This document shows positions 35,660 through 47,860 of a stretch of DNA of 64,000 nucleotides, piece by piece. This DNA comes from Callorhinchus milii. Its lineage: Eukaryota. Both the position numbers and the translations under genes were made by a program. How positions within the stretch are numbered: position 1 is the first letter of the stretch; the number at the start of each line of letters is the position of its first letter. Below the pieces are notes generated by a model. It worked only from the letters and a program-made list of their open reading frames with translations, did no database searches and had not been told where the DNA came from. Where the stretch lies: positions 53,074,001 through 53,138,000 of the forward strand of contig NW_024704742.1 in assembly GCF_018977255.1 (NCBI RefSeq). The letters are read 5' to 3'.

Positions 35660-38150
35660 GGGTTGTGGAAGGGAGTTCCAGAGCCTCGGGGCGTAATGGC
35701 TGAAGGCACGCCTGCTGAGGGTGGAGCGGAGAACTCGGGGGACGAGGAGGAGGCCAGACCCGGAGGAATGAAGGCAATGGCACTGTTTTGAGGAGAGAGG
35801 AGGTCAGAGATGGTGGAGGAGGATGGCGTGATCGACTGTATCGAACGCGGCTGAGAGGTGCAGGAGGACAAGGAGGCAGAGGGAGCCCTGTTCACAGATA
35901 GAGAGGGTGTTGTTTGTGACTTTCACAAGCGCAGTCTCTGTACTGTGGACGGAAGCCCGACTGGAAGGGTTCGAAGAGGGAGTGGGAGGAGAGGTGTGCA
36001 CGAAGTTGATTGGCAACAATGCATTCTAGGACTTTTGCGAGGAAGGGCAGGTTAGAAATGGGGCGGTAGTGGCTGGGGTTTGAGGGATCTAGGGAAGGTT
36101 TTTTGAGGAGAGGGGCAATGACAGCAGTTTTGAGGGAGGCAGGGACTGATCCGGAGGAGAGCGACTGGTTGATGATGTCAGCCAGTAGTGGGCAGAGGAG
36201 GGGGAGCTGGGTGACCAGTAAGTTGGTGGAGAGGGGTTCGAGACAGCAGGTGGTGGGTTTCATGGAGGTGATAGTGGGTGAGAGGGAGGAGGGAGAGATG
36301 GGGAGGAAGGAATGTAGAATGGGGTTGGTGGTAGGAGCAGATGATGTTGAAGGTGAGGGGGTCAGAGAGGGCATGGTGGTGTGTGACAAGGGGCAGGTGG
36401 ATGAGGCTGCCTGGCGGATGTTAAGTATTTTAGATGAAAAGAAGTCCATGACCTCCTCACAAATGGCATTTGATGTGAAGATTGATGAGGCCTGAGGGGA
36501 GGCACGGTGGAGGAAGTAGGTGGTGGAAAAAAGGATTTTAGGGTTGTGTTTAGCCTCCAAGATGATGTTGGAGTAGAAGCCGTTTTTGAGCGGGTCAAAG
36601 AACGACGGTAGCTGTGGAGATGCTCGGGCCACAGTTGGCGGTGAACTGTAAGACCAGTTTTCCGCCATCTGCACTCGAGCAGCCGGGTTTGGGTTTTTTG
36701 GTGGTGGAGGTGGTTGTTGTACCAGGGGTATCGGGTGGGTTTGGAGATGGTCTTAGATTTTAGGGGGACGAGGGAGTTGAAGGTGAAGGAGAGGAGATCA
36801 TGGAGCAGCTGGACGGCTGCTTCAGGATCTCTGCGGGTGGAAGGCCAGAGGGATAGGATATTTGATGATGAGAGGACCTTTGTAAGGGTCTCGGGGGTAG
36901 CCTTTTCCAAGTGCGGTAGAGGATGGTTGAGGGCTTGGTGGAGGAGAGAGGGATGTGAGAGGAGAAGGAGATGAAAAAGTGGTCTGAGATGGCCTTGTTC
37001 ACTATGCTGAGGAAATGTCAAGGCCATGGGTGATGATGAGGTCAAGTGCATGACGACGGTTGTGGGTGGGTGAATTTATATGGAGGGTAAGGTTTAGGGA
37101 GGAGAGGAGGGCAGTGAAGTCGGCAGAAGAGGTGCAGGGGAGTTTAGGTGGAGGTTGAAATCGCCCATTATGAGCAGGCACTCGGAGCAGAGGGACAGGG
37201 AAGAGAGGAGGGTAGAGATGTCTGTGTGGAAGTAGCCGAGGGGCTTAGGGGGGGGCGGTAGACAAGGAGAATTTTCAAAGGGAGAGAGGGGTGGAAGAGG
37301 GTCAGGTGCTCGAAGGAGGGGAAGCAGCCAGAGGAGTAGGGGGTGAGGCTTTAGAAATGAAGGCTACCCCGCCGCTATGTTTGTTTGGATGGGGGGTGTG
37401 GTGGAAGGTGGAAGGTGTAGCCTGGAGGGAAGGCTTCCACTAGGGGTACGGGGTCATTGGGGGAGAGCCAGGTTTCGGTGAGCCCAGGAATGTCAAGGTG
37501 CTCGTCCAGGATGAGGTCGTGGATGGTGAGGACTTTATTTGAGAGGGAACGGACATTTTGGAGGGAAATGTGGGTGGGTTTGCTGGAGTGGGGGGAGAGA
37601 GGAGAGAGTGGTGCGGAGAGGATTTTGGGTTGTACAGGAGAGATGGTTGTGGAGAGTGATGTGAGTGGAGAGTTAGAGAGGGTATGTATGAGGGAGGGGG
37701 AAGTTGGATATGCCTTAAGGAGGCGGTTTGAGTGGCGGGAGTGAATGATTGGACACGTGGGGTTGCTGCTCTGGGACAGCCAGTGCCGGGAGCCACGATG
37801 GGCCCGGTGGAGGATGCCCAGGCTGGAGCAGAGGGAAGTGGTGATGGGTTCGAGGAGAGGGAGAAGGCGGGGAGGGAGGTGGGAGAGAAGGACAGAGGGG
37901 GAGTAGCGGATAGAGGGGGTGGGAGGAGAGACATAGAGGGGGGTGGGAGGAGAAACATAGAGGGGGGTGGGAGGAGAGACATAAGGGGGGTGGGAGGAGA
38001 GACATTTGGAGTGGAGTGGGAGGCTCGGGTCGGGGCGGCAGCCAAAACGCGAACGCAGAGACCGGGAGCGAGCGATCAGCGGGACGGCATCAGCCCGCAG
38101 GCTCAGCCTCCCAGGTCATGGCTGGGATGGCAGTGCCAGGGGCTGCCAGG
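35660..38150 (-). mobile_element. Long internally deleted L2 LINE (5' region, endonuclease, RT N-terminus, short 3' piece)
   Basis: AISDHFFISF, YPWYN, LKTAVIAPLLKKPSLDP...[25 protein letters not shown] and [10 protein letters not shown]. Contains an internal 24-bp x4 tandem at 37912-38004. Confidence 0.93.
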
Positions 38151-38319
38151 ACATTGTTGTTGTTGCTGGGTTTTAAATTTTTAAAAACATTTTTTTTTCA
38201 TTTTTTAACTATGACGTCACGCAAACCATTCATGTGATGACACAAAAAACATTGACTTAATTCATATCTTTCCTTTTCCTTCTTCAGATCACATTATAAA
38301 CTGTCCAACCATTTTATAG

Positions 38320-38642
38320 ATACAACCTAGGCGTCAAGTTTGACTCACAGATGTCCTTCGTCCCCCACATCCGGTCCCTGACCAGGATTGCTTCCCTCCA
38401 CCTCCGCCACATTGCCCACCTCCGACCGTTACTTACCTCAGCCAATACACTCTGGATCTCTGGGACACTCTTCCTCAATCCTTCCTTCCCCATCTTCAGG
38501 TTACGCCTGAAGACCTTCCTCATATGGTGCTTATGGTCACCTCTTCCTTCCCCCAGCTCCGTGCCATGCTCCACCACTGTCAAGCTCTCCGGGACACTAC
38601 CCTGCATGAGGGATGCTATATAAATGCAAGTTGTTGTTGTTG
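38320..38642 (+). mobile_element. L2 LINE fragment
   Basis: MSFVPHIRSLTR...HLRHIAHLRPLL, with a (GTT)n tail. Confidence 0.8.
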
Positions 38643-39654
38643 GTGAATTTCACAATTTTTCACAATCTTGAATTTTAACTAAAAAACTTATGTTTGATAT
38701 AGCACCTTTCACACTGGGAGGATGTCTCAAAGTACTTCACAGGACTTTAAAGGAAGGTGTAATGACTTCCCATTTTGTAGGCAAACACTGCAGCCAATTT
38801 GCGCACAGCACTATCCTACAAATAGAAATTAAATGAACGATTAATTTTATCTGAGTGACAAACAGGACAATAGTTTCATTGGATCTTTAACATCCGTTGT
38901 AAAACGGCACATCAAGCTCTTTCTAATAAATCAACCAAAAGGCGACACCAATGTTACTAGATCACTGCTTTATAGTGTCAACAATAGCTCAAAAGTTGAT
39001 ATAGGGTTTAAAACTCTCCACCTTCTGAATCAGTGGCCAAACTGCTACCAACTGAGCCAACCGTTGAGCGAGCAAAGAAAATGCTGCTTTGTTATCACTT
39101 CCACTTCTTTAGCTTTAACATCTGACAGATCTAGAACACTATTATTAGCTCTGGGAAACTGTCATGGGCTGGCAGTTAAATCACTTATTGAGAAATGTCT
39201 GGCGCAGTATATAATCTTGTTACAAGCACAATCAACGCAGATATAAATACTCTTGCAACATGATTAGAAGATCTGTAAATGTTGCTAAAACATACTTAGA
39301 GGAAAAGGATACTTTGAGATGGAGGATTGCTATCAGTATAAAATATTTCTCAGCTAAAATAATATAATTAATAAATTAATAAAATAATATTACAAAGTCA
39401 AGGTCTTGGGTGTAAAATTTCTCAGTTCATTAATTTTAGTTATCAAGCATACCAAAATTACACAGTCAGAAGGATCATCATTGGAATTTTTGCGAGTATA
39501 GTACTGAAGGTGAGATGATAGTCTGGAATTTGTTTTGTGGACAGCCAGATGTCTGATACATGCTGAAGCGATCAGCGTGGTAGCGCCCCCCGAAAGAAAA
39601 TGTTGAAGGAGCGGAAGTATATTTATTTCCCCCCAATGTAAAAAGCTTCCACTA

Positions 39655-39857
39655 TCGCCGTCGATCGTGAGTATAGATTTGTCAAAAGTGCTGCTGCCCA
39701 GGTCAAAAATGAGAACGTTCCTCTCCCCCTCTCTCTTCTTGTCCAGGGTGTGGGTGATGGCAGCTGTTGTCAGCTCATTGATGATGCAGAGGACATTGAG
39801 CCTGGTGATCACTCTGACATCTTTGGTTGCCTGATACTGGGAGTCATTGAAGTAAGG
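39655..39857 (-). pseudogene. HSP70-family fragment (ATPase domain)
   Basis: [65 protein letters not shown] aligns to the HSP70 consensus with many invariant residues mutated. Flanks are unrelated. Confidence 0.92.
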
Positions 39858-42800
39858 TTTGCACTGGCTCCTCACTCTCACCCACCCCGACCTCCGGCTT
39901 TCCACGCTCGCCCCCACCCCCACCAATTGTAAAAAGGCTGTGCTGCCTATTCAGAGTTCTACATGTGTATGCCACCTGTACATAAAAGTTTGCCTCTGTC
40001 TGGCACGGAGTGAGGGCTCTGGAGAGCTGTACCCGGCTTGCCCAATTCCCAAAGAGTATTAGCTGGTTGGAACTGATGTAAAGCAGCAATTGAAATGTTC
40101 TATTGCTACGGTTTGCAGATTTCTGTTTCTTTCTGGCTGAGGAGGGATGAAAATCTGTTGACTTAAAGCTCAATTAGGTTACCTATCGCTGAACGATTGG
40201 TTGTCAGTGCATTTTAAAGAGGTCAGCCAATGTTACAGCAAGGTGAGTAATCTCGACAAGTTTGCAGATCAGGGCAAAACAGAAACATCTTGGTGGCTCA
40301 GACGAATAGTCTTTTTAACAGCAGGAGATTAAACAAACAAAGAGATCTTGATCCCATTTCATCGCCTCCCTACCAACACCCGCAATAAAGTACAATGCTG
40401 CCCAATTAAAAGTCGAGTGTCAGCCAGATTTATCCATACCCTTCTCTTCCGACTGCTGCACTATGTAACTTTGTGTCTGGGTGAGGAATTCAAACAGGCA
40501 CAGATCACGATGAACGAGACATTCAAACTGCAGGAGGGAGAAGATGGTGAGGAGCTGAGGGGGTGTTAATTGATTAGAATGCATTACAGACCATCTCAAA
40601 TATCTCATTAAAATGCAAGAGCATGTGAGACTGTAGGGCCCAAAACCAATGCAACTGTTTCATTATAACACAATACAATACAAATTTATATTTATTTAGC
40701 ATTTTTCGGAGTTGGAGGATGTCCAAAAGCGCTTACCAGTGCCATGGAGCACCATGTTATGCCATCAACGGCAACATATGTTTGGGAAAACATGGTGAAC
40801 ATGCCTGAACCGTTTTCAATGCCAGGCTTTCCCTGCCCCCCAGCCTATCTGCCCACCCTCCGGCCTGGCCCCCCACCCACAGATTTACCTCTGCAGTGGA
40901 TGTGCTGTACTTTCAACAAAAACAAACATTGCTGATTGCAGCACTCCGAAACACTTGCCTGCATGAAGGGCACAATATGAATACAAGTCAGAACAATATG
41001 ATAGTATGAACCAAGACAGTAGAACAAGAGAACATGGGTTTAGAATTGAAAAGGGCAATAGCAAGACAGATACCAGCAAATTTTTCTTTACCCAGTAGGT
41101 AACCAGCCAAACAAGTCTGAGAGTTCCACATTTGCACCGTTGTGATTTGGAATCCATTTTTCTTTTAAGAATTGTGGAAATATGATTCTAAGTTAGGATC
41201 AAATTTAAGATTTTTCTCCAATTCTACACAATTCAAAATGTTAAGGCAAATTGGTCTTACAAGCTAAGATGAGGTGGAATTTCAGGCCTCCAGTTTGGAA
41301 TCATAACATAATAATGATAATCCTTGCATTTGATACTATACCTTATCACGTCATTGAGACATCTCAAAGCGCTTCACAGAATATACTGTATACTTTATGG
41401 GTGAAATTGCGAAAAGCAATGTCCCACAAACAGTCATGGATTGGGTCACCAAATTATTATTATTTATTCATTTATTTATTTTGGAGAGATGATTACCTCC
41501 AGAAAATGATCTAACTGCCGAATTCCTGCTTACTGCTAGATAAACAGAGCCAGGTGGAGTAAGGAAACTTACATAAGGTTTCACTCTGCCCACTCCAACC
41601 TGAGTCCTCTTTTTTACAAGGCGAGTGCTCTAATCAATAGTATACAGAACTTTAATTAGACTCCAGTGTTTGGTTATATTGGCTGTCTCACCAAGGCACC
41701 GAGGTGGAGCACTATTTATCAGGCAGCCAGGAGTTGCAGACAAGTCACAGCAGAATGTGAGCATTTGCTCAAGTAATGAAAGCACCTCCCAGTGTGATCT
41801 GTTCCTGAAGTGACATTAATCCTGAGAAGCAATGACAGGAAATCTTTCCTTACCTTTGTTCTCTCATAATCCAAGACCAGTCTTGAAAATTATTTTTTGA
41901 CCTCTCGAGAAGCTTGTCTTCCCTGGCTCCGGCCTCCTGCTTGTTCCTTGTGTCCTCAACAGCTGCACTTTCAGCCACTACGCTTCAAATCTTACACCCG
42001 AACACTCTCCCTGAATCCTCGGTGATATAAATGCAAGTTGTTGTTGTTGGCTGCAATAGCTAGTTTCACTGTGCACGAGTAACACAGGAAATGACATCAG
42101 CAACAACCTGATAACCCAGAAGTCAGGCTTTTTACCCTGCGGAGACTCAAATTGCTGAATATTTGATCAAGTGTCTTGCGACCTCTCTTCCTGTGTGCTA
42201 AGCAATCGCAACATGCAGGAAATAACATTGATGACAAATGAATGACTCAGAAGTCGGACTATTTTAGCTCGTGGGAAGCCAAAATGGCTGGCTTTCAGGT
42301 CATCAGATTTTTGCTGACATTGTAGAATGCCATAAGTGATATTGGCATGTAGTTAGCAATGAATTTGAAGTTCTGCAAAGGTCAGAATTCCACGCAACTG
42401 CACTTATTAGAAGCAGGCATAGTGTGGAGAAAAATGTAACATTTCATAACGGCATTGAATCTGTTATGAACTGTCACATTTTGCAAGTTTCAGTACCGTA
42501 TCTTCTGTCTGTTTTACGATCGATTTTCCTCACATGTTTTGTAAACTCAATACATTAATTGGTTACTGAATGCTTTCCACCACAACGTGACTCGTTTGGA
42601 TTAACAGTTCTCTGGTCAGCCTCAGTTATAGAAATACAGTATGTATGAAGTTGCAGTAAAAGACATTCAGTGATCCCTCTTTAATAGATTTTCTCATTAG
42701 TGAGTACACTGTAATATTACTTAGATTAACAGGACTCTTTGTTTTTCAAAATGCATTTGTTTAATAACCAGAGCATTCCAGGATTAGGAAGGTAAGAGGT

Positions 42801-43239
42801 AATATGTGTCATTAAGTATGTCACAAAAGCTTACATTAGCTCTCTCACACACATCTTGCATTCAGGTGCCATCTCTCAGTAGCTAAAGCACATAGGTTAA
42901 TTGAATAACTGTATCATTTTGAGACTGCCTTGTATTGAATCTTTTTGTTTGATCTATAAAACAGTTTGATTTAATACCAAAGAACATTTTCCCCAAAGCA
43001 ACACAATAGACAGATTATTCTGATGTGATTAAATTTGCTTTCCAGGAATGCTGTTAATCATGCAGAAAGAAACCACAACCAGCAAACATTAGAATGTAAA
43101 AAGCATTTGTACCTTCCATGCTAAACCTGGGCATAAATCAACACAGAAAACATAGGCCCTGAAAGTAATAATGATCTTTGTATTTGATAAAACACATGTT
43201 ACAGTAGAAAAACACCTCAAACACTTTACAGATTTATTA

Positions 43240-43568
43240 TAATAATAATAATAATAATCCTTGCATTTGATATAGCGCTTTTCACGTCGGGAGGACGTCC
43301 CAAAGCGCTTCACAGAATATACTGTAAAGTGAATTGACGGTATATTTGTGGGCGAACGCGGCAGCCAATTGCGCACAGCAATGTCCCACAAACAGTCGTA
43401 GATTGAAAATGACCAATTTATTATTGTTTTGGGTTTTTGGAAGGATTATTATTAGGCTCTGTGTGGAGTAAGGAAACTTGCCCAAGGTTTCGCCCTGACC
43501 TGCCTGGAATTGAACTCAGGTCTCTCGCTTGCAAAGCGAGTGCTCTAACCACTGAGCTACAGGACTCC
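43240..43568 (-). mobile_element. tRNA-Ala-like SINE, short young variant
   Basis: Reverse complement of the 22321/30742 copies, CpGs retained, long (ATT)n tail. Confidence 0.92.
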
Positions 43569-45754
43569 AAATAAAGTGTAGTGACTGTGTAGTTTGCAGT
43601 TAAATAGCAATTTTATTTGGGGGATTGTTGGCTAGGGCACTCTGAAACGCTCCTTTCTTTTTCAAATGGTGCCATGGTATCTTTTTAACGCCCTGAACTG
43701 TCAGACAGAACCTCATTTTAAAGTCTCATCTGAAGGTCAGAAGTGATATGAATACTTAACTAATTTGCATAGGAGTAGACGAATAACAAAACTTGCATTT
43801 GTTTTATGGGCAATTACTGCATTCTACAGTTATTGCCTTGTTAATCCCAAATGGCTGCTGAGCATGTTGCTTATCTTTTACATAATATACTTCAAGAAGA
43901 TTTTAGCCATGTTTGTTGAGTGCCTTTTTCATGAAGCCCTTCAGCCCTTGAGGTAAGGTTACTGCCTGAGAAGGGCCTTGATTCAAACACTTGTACATCA
44001 GTGCCAGCCTCATTAACCAGCATTATTCAGCTGCACGTATTTGGCTCAATCCTGTTCTTGGAGCTCAGTAATAACTTGCTGACTGCCTGTGTTGATTTTC
44101 AGTCTCAAGATTTAGAACGTATATTGTGTGTATTGCATTGGCTCATTTATATGAGAGAGGCAAAGAATAGGTTCAACAGAATGAAAAAATCAATGTATCC
44201 CGTGACATTATCACATCATTGGAAATTCATTCTACATGAAATGTGCTGAATCAAGTGCAAGCTGATGATATATTTTACGCTCTGCAGTGCAGCATAAAAT
44301 AATAATAATAGTCCTTGTATTTTGATATAATGCCTTTCATATTGAGAGAACATTTCAAAGTGCTTCAGTGGTATTATAAAACATAGCAACTGTAAAATTT
44401 GTAGGTAAATACGGCACTCAATTTTGCACACAGCAATATCCCACAAACAGCCTTGAAGTGTAATTTAGCTCAATCCAAATCAAGGGTGTATTAGTAAACT
44501 TCAACATGAAGTATCCAACATGAATTGAATAACTAATTTTATCTGGGGGATTGATGACCAGGGTACTGTGAGAAACTCTGTCTCTTTTTGTCCTGTGCCA
44601 TGGGATCTTTAACCTCAACCTGAACAGGCAAATGGATCCTTAGTTTAACATTGCACCTAATGGACGAGAAAATGAAAGCCCCATTGTCTACATTTAACAC
44701 ACAGCAAACTTGGTTCCTGAGGGCTCTGATACAGAATCTAGAATAATTGTTATTTTTAAATCATGTGGCAATATCAATTTTAATTTTAATCACCCAGGTA
44801 ACCCGCAATATAGCATCATTTTTTAAAAAAAATAGTATTATTTGCTGGATGCCATTTGAGCAATTACCAGAAATATTTTCTATTGCTTGCCTTATGTACT
44901 TAAAAATATGCTGTCCATGGGCTGAATTTAAGGATTGTTTTAGGAAACAAAAAAGCTAACTACTTATGGAATGTAAATATCAAATCTAAATTGTGCGACA
45001 GTGGGGCCTATTATACACCATGTGCCAACCATGTGTAACTGCACTGCATTGTGGTGTTTGCACAGTGTCTTGTTACGACTAGGAATTAGGGGTCAGAATG
45101 GATCACATATTAGCAGATATTTGACACCCACAAAACAGTTCAGTAACCAGTTCATGTATTTTTACTACTAGTTGGCACCCCAAAACACTATTCCATGTGA
45201 TGGCCACTATAGAAATACAAGTTGCTGTTGTAGTCTGATAAAAGGGGGTTAATTTTATACTAGCATCAACTCCACTGTGTAAATTGGCTGCAGATGTCAA
45301 CAACGTGACCTCTTATTGTTCTCCCTAACCCCTTATTTTGGTTGTCACGTTCCATTTATAATAATAATAATCCTTGCATTTTTATATAGCGCCTGATCAC
45401 TTCATTGAGATGTCTCAAAGCGCTTCACAGGATATACTATAATGTGTATTGACTGTATTTTGTAGGCAATCGTGGCAGCCAGTTTGCGCACAGCAATGTC
45501 CAACCATCAGCAATGGTGTGAACCACAAATTTTATTTCGGGGATTGTTGGCCAGGACCCTAGGAGAAATTCCCTTCTTTTTTGAATAGTGCCATGAGACT
45601 TTGAACATCCACCTGAACAGGCAGACAGGGACCTTGGTTTAACGTCTCATCCGAAAGCATGAGAACATTTGCAAGAAGTTAGCTTTTATATTTCCTAAAT
45701 TAATTTTGGTACTGCAAAACATGCCCCTCCGTTATACCTCGTGTTCACTGTTTA

Positions 45755-46160
45755 ATAATAATAATCCTTACATTTGATATAGCGCCTTATCACGTCTTCT
45801 AGACATCTCAAAGCGCTTCACAGAATATACCGTAAAGTGAATTGACTGTATATTTTGTGGGTGAAACCTGACAGCCAATTGCACACAGCAATGTCCCACA
45901 AACCATCATGGATTGAGTGACCAAATTATTATTAGTTAAATTTATTTTTAAATTTTTAAATTTATTTTTGGTTTGACGGAATTATTACCCCCAGAAAAGC
46001 AATCTGCTAATCGACTAACAACTGGGTTCCTACTTACTGCTAGGTAAACAGAGACATGTGGAGTAAGGAAACTTGCTCAACATTTCGCCCAGCCCAGGAA
46101 TCAAAACCAGGTCCTCTCACTTGCGAGGTGAGTGGTCTAACCACTAAGCTACAGGACTCC
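45755..46160 (-). mobile_element. tRNA-Ala-like SINE, long variant
   Basis: Full head, central segment and tail. Confidence 0.9.
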
Positions 46161-46948
46161 ATTAAACATATTAAATGATTGTTGGAACATGTGGAGGTGT
46201 AAGACATGCAAGCACATGCACATAATAATTATATTTTGGAGTTGCTCTGCAGGGAGCAGACAATATAATACAACTGCAGGAACTCCCCTCCTCTGGCTGG
46301 ACAGATTCTAAATCACTGAGCTTGGCTTACACATCTGCATCTAAGTGTAACCATGGCATGAATCAAAACCTTTGAATCCTAGCCAATGCTGGATTGTAAA
46401 TTGACTTATGAATGTTTGCATGAATCTGAGAAAATGACAGTGACATAAATGAGGAACAGCAATAAAAGATGTTCTACCATAAATACACATTTTCTCCACC
46501 AATTACTTTACAGTAAATGCTGTGAAGCTCTTTGAAACATCCTCTTCACGTGAAAGGCAATACATCAAAGGATTACTAATATTATAGGAGGATTGATTAG
46601 AATACTGGAGCATTGAGCTGGATGATAATTTATTCCAATGCAAAGATGTACAAAGATGGTCATTTTGTACGATTTCAGAATTACTGGGCTAAAAAAATAA
46701 GCAGTAGATATATAAGCAAATAAAAGTTTTATTTGCAAAATTAATTCAGGAAATATAAAAGCTAATTTCTTGTAAAATGCAATTATCAAATCTAAATTGT
46801 GTGAAAATTGCAGTAAATGCTGTGATAGGTATTGTCAGTGATAATTATGACATCATTGTCACATCACAACACATTATATTACATCACATTATCACAGTTT
46901 TCATCCCAATCGAGGAATGGGATTATTTAGATATGCATGTAATGACAT

Positions 46949-47216
46949 AATAATAATAATCCTTGCATTTGATACAGCGCCTTATTATGTCTTTGAGATG
47001 TCTCAAAGCGCTTCACAGAATATACTGTAAAGTGAATTGACTGTATATTTTGTGGGCGAAACACACCAGCCAATTACGCACAGCAGTGTCCTACAAACAG
47101 TCGTGGATTGAGTGACCATATTATTAATATTTTGAAGGGATTATTACCACTGGAAATAAAAAACAGGTCCTCTCACTTGCGACTCGAGAGCTCTAACCAC
47201 TAGGCTACAGGACTCC
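46949..47216 (-). mobile_element. tRNA-Ala-like SINE, internally deleted
   Basis: Head and tail present, middle missing. Confidence 0.85.
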
Positions 47217-47338
47217 ACAATCTATAGTTTGATATTAACAAAACATGGGGAAAAGCACAGAATCAAACCCTCAGCACCGTCCCAGCCTGATGGGAATCAC
47301 AGTCAAACACAATTAATGGCTGAGTGTTTTCCTCCTCA

Positions 47339-47860
47339 TTAAACTGTCAGTGGGCACATTCTCAGCAGCTCAAAGTTTTTCCCACTGTCATTTCCACCGG
47401 GACAGAAGAGAGGATAAATTGTCTCAGTGAAAGTGTGGGTGAAAGTGTGGAGATGAGACATGTTATCGGTGTTGTAAAATGACACCTATCCCCCCTCATA
47501 GTTCAGGTAGACTCCCAGCTTCCTGGTCTCGCTCAGGGGTAGGAGGGTGGCAGGTGAGGTACAAGCTTCATATTCATCCCATTTGTCAGCCATACAACCC
47601 AGTATCCGTTTGCTGGTGTTAGTGTGATGTCTCCTTTCCCGTGACGGACTCTCTGGCCACTCCCATATCCCACAGTCTTGTTTGTCATCTGTCCCTCCAA
47701 GTAATGTCTCCCTGATGTGAAACCCTCAGATCCCAGGACACAGGCACAGGAATCCAACCTCTTCGGGGAGTCAGGGAGTTGCTGCTGTTTGTCTCCATGT
47801 CTCACACTGGTCAGGTCCTCAGACAGGATGAGGTCGGCATGGGCTATGTCAGCCTCCAAC
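47339..47860 (-). pseudogene. B30.2/PRY-SPRY terminal exon of a TRIM-like gene, disabled
   Basis: AHADLILSEDLTSVR...LPDSPKRLD...CVLGSEGFTSGRHY...GYWVVWL...KLGVYLNYEGG*VSFYN...[19 protein letters not shown], with frameshifts and a TAG at 47486-47488. Confidence 0.9.

Noticed and set aside
35892..37051. 260 aa and 229 aa ORFs as host genes
   Set aside because: Frameshifted pieces of L2 ORF2.
39390..39926. 178 aa ORF as a functional HSP70
   Set aside because: Only about 67 codons are HSP70-like and conserved residues such as EPTAAA and DLGGG are mutated.
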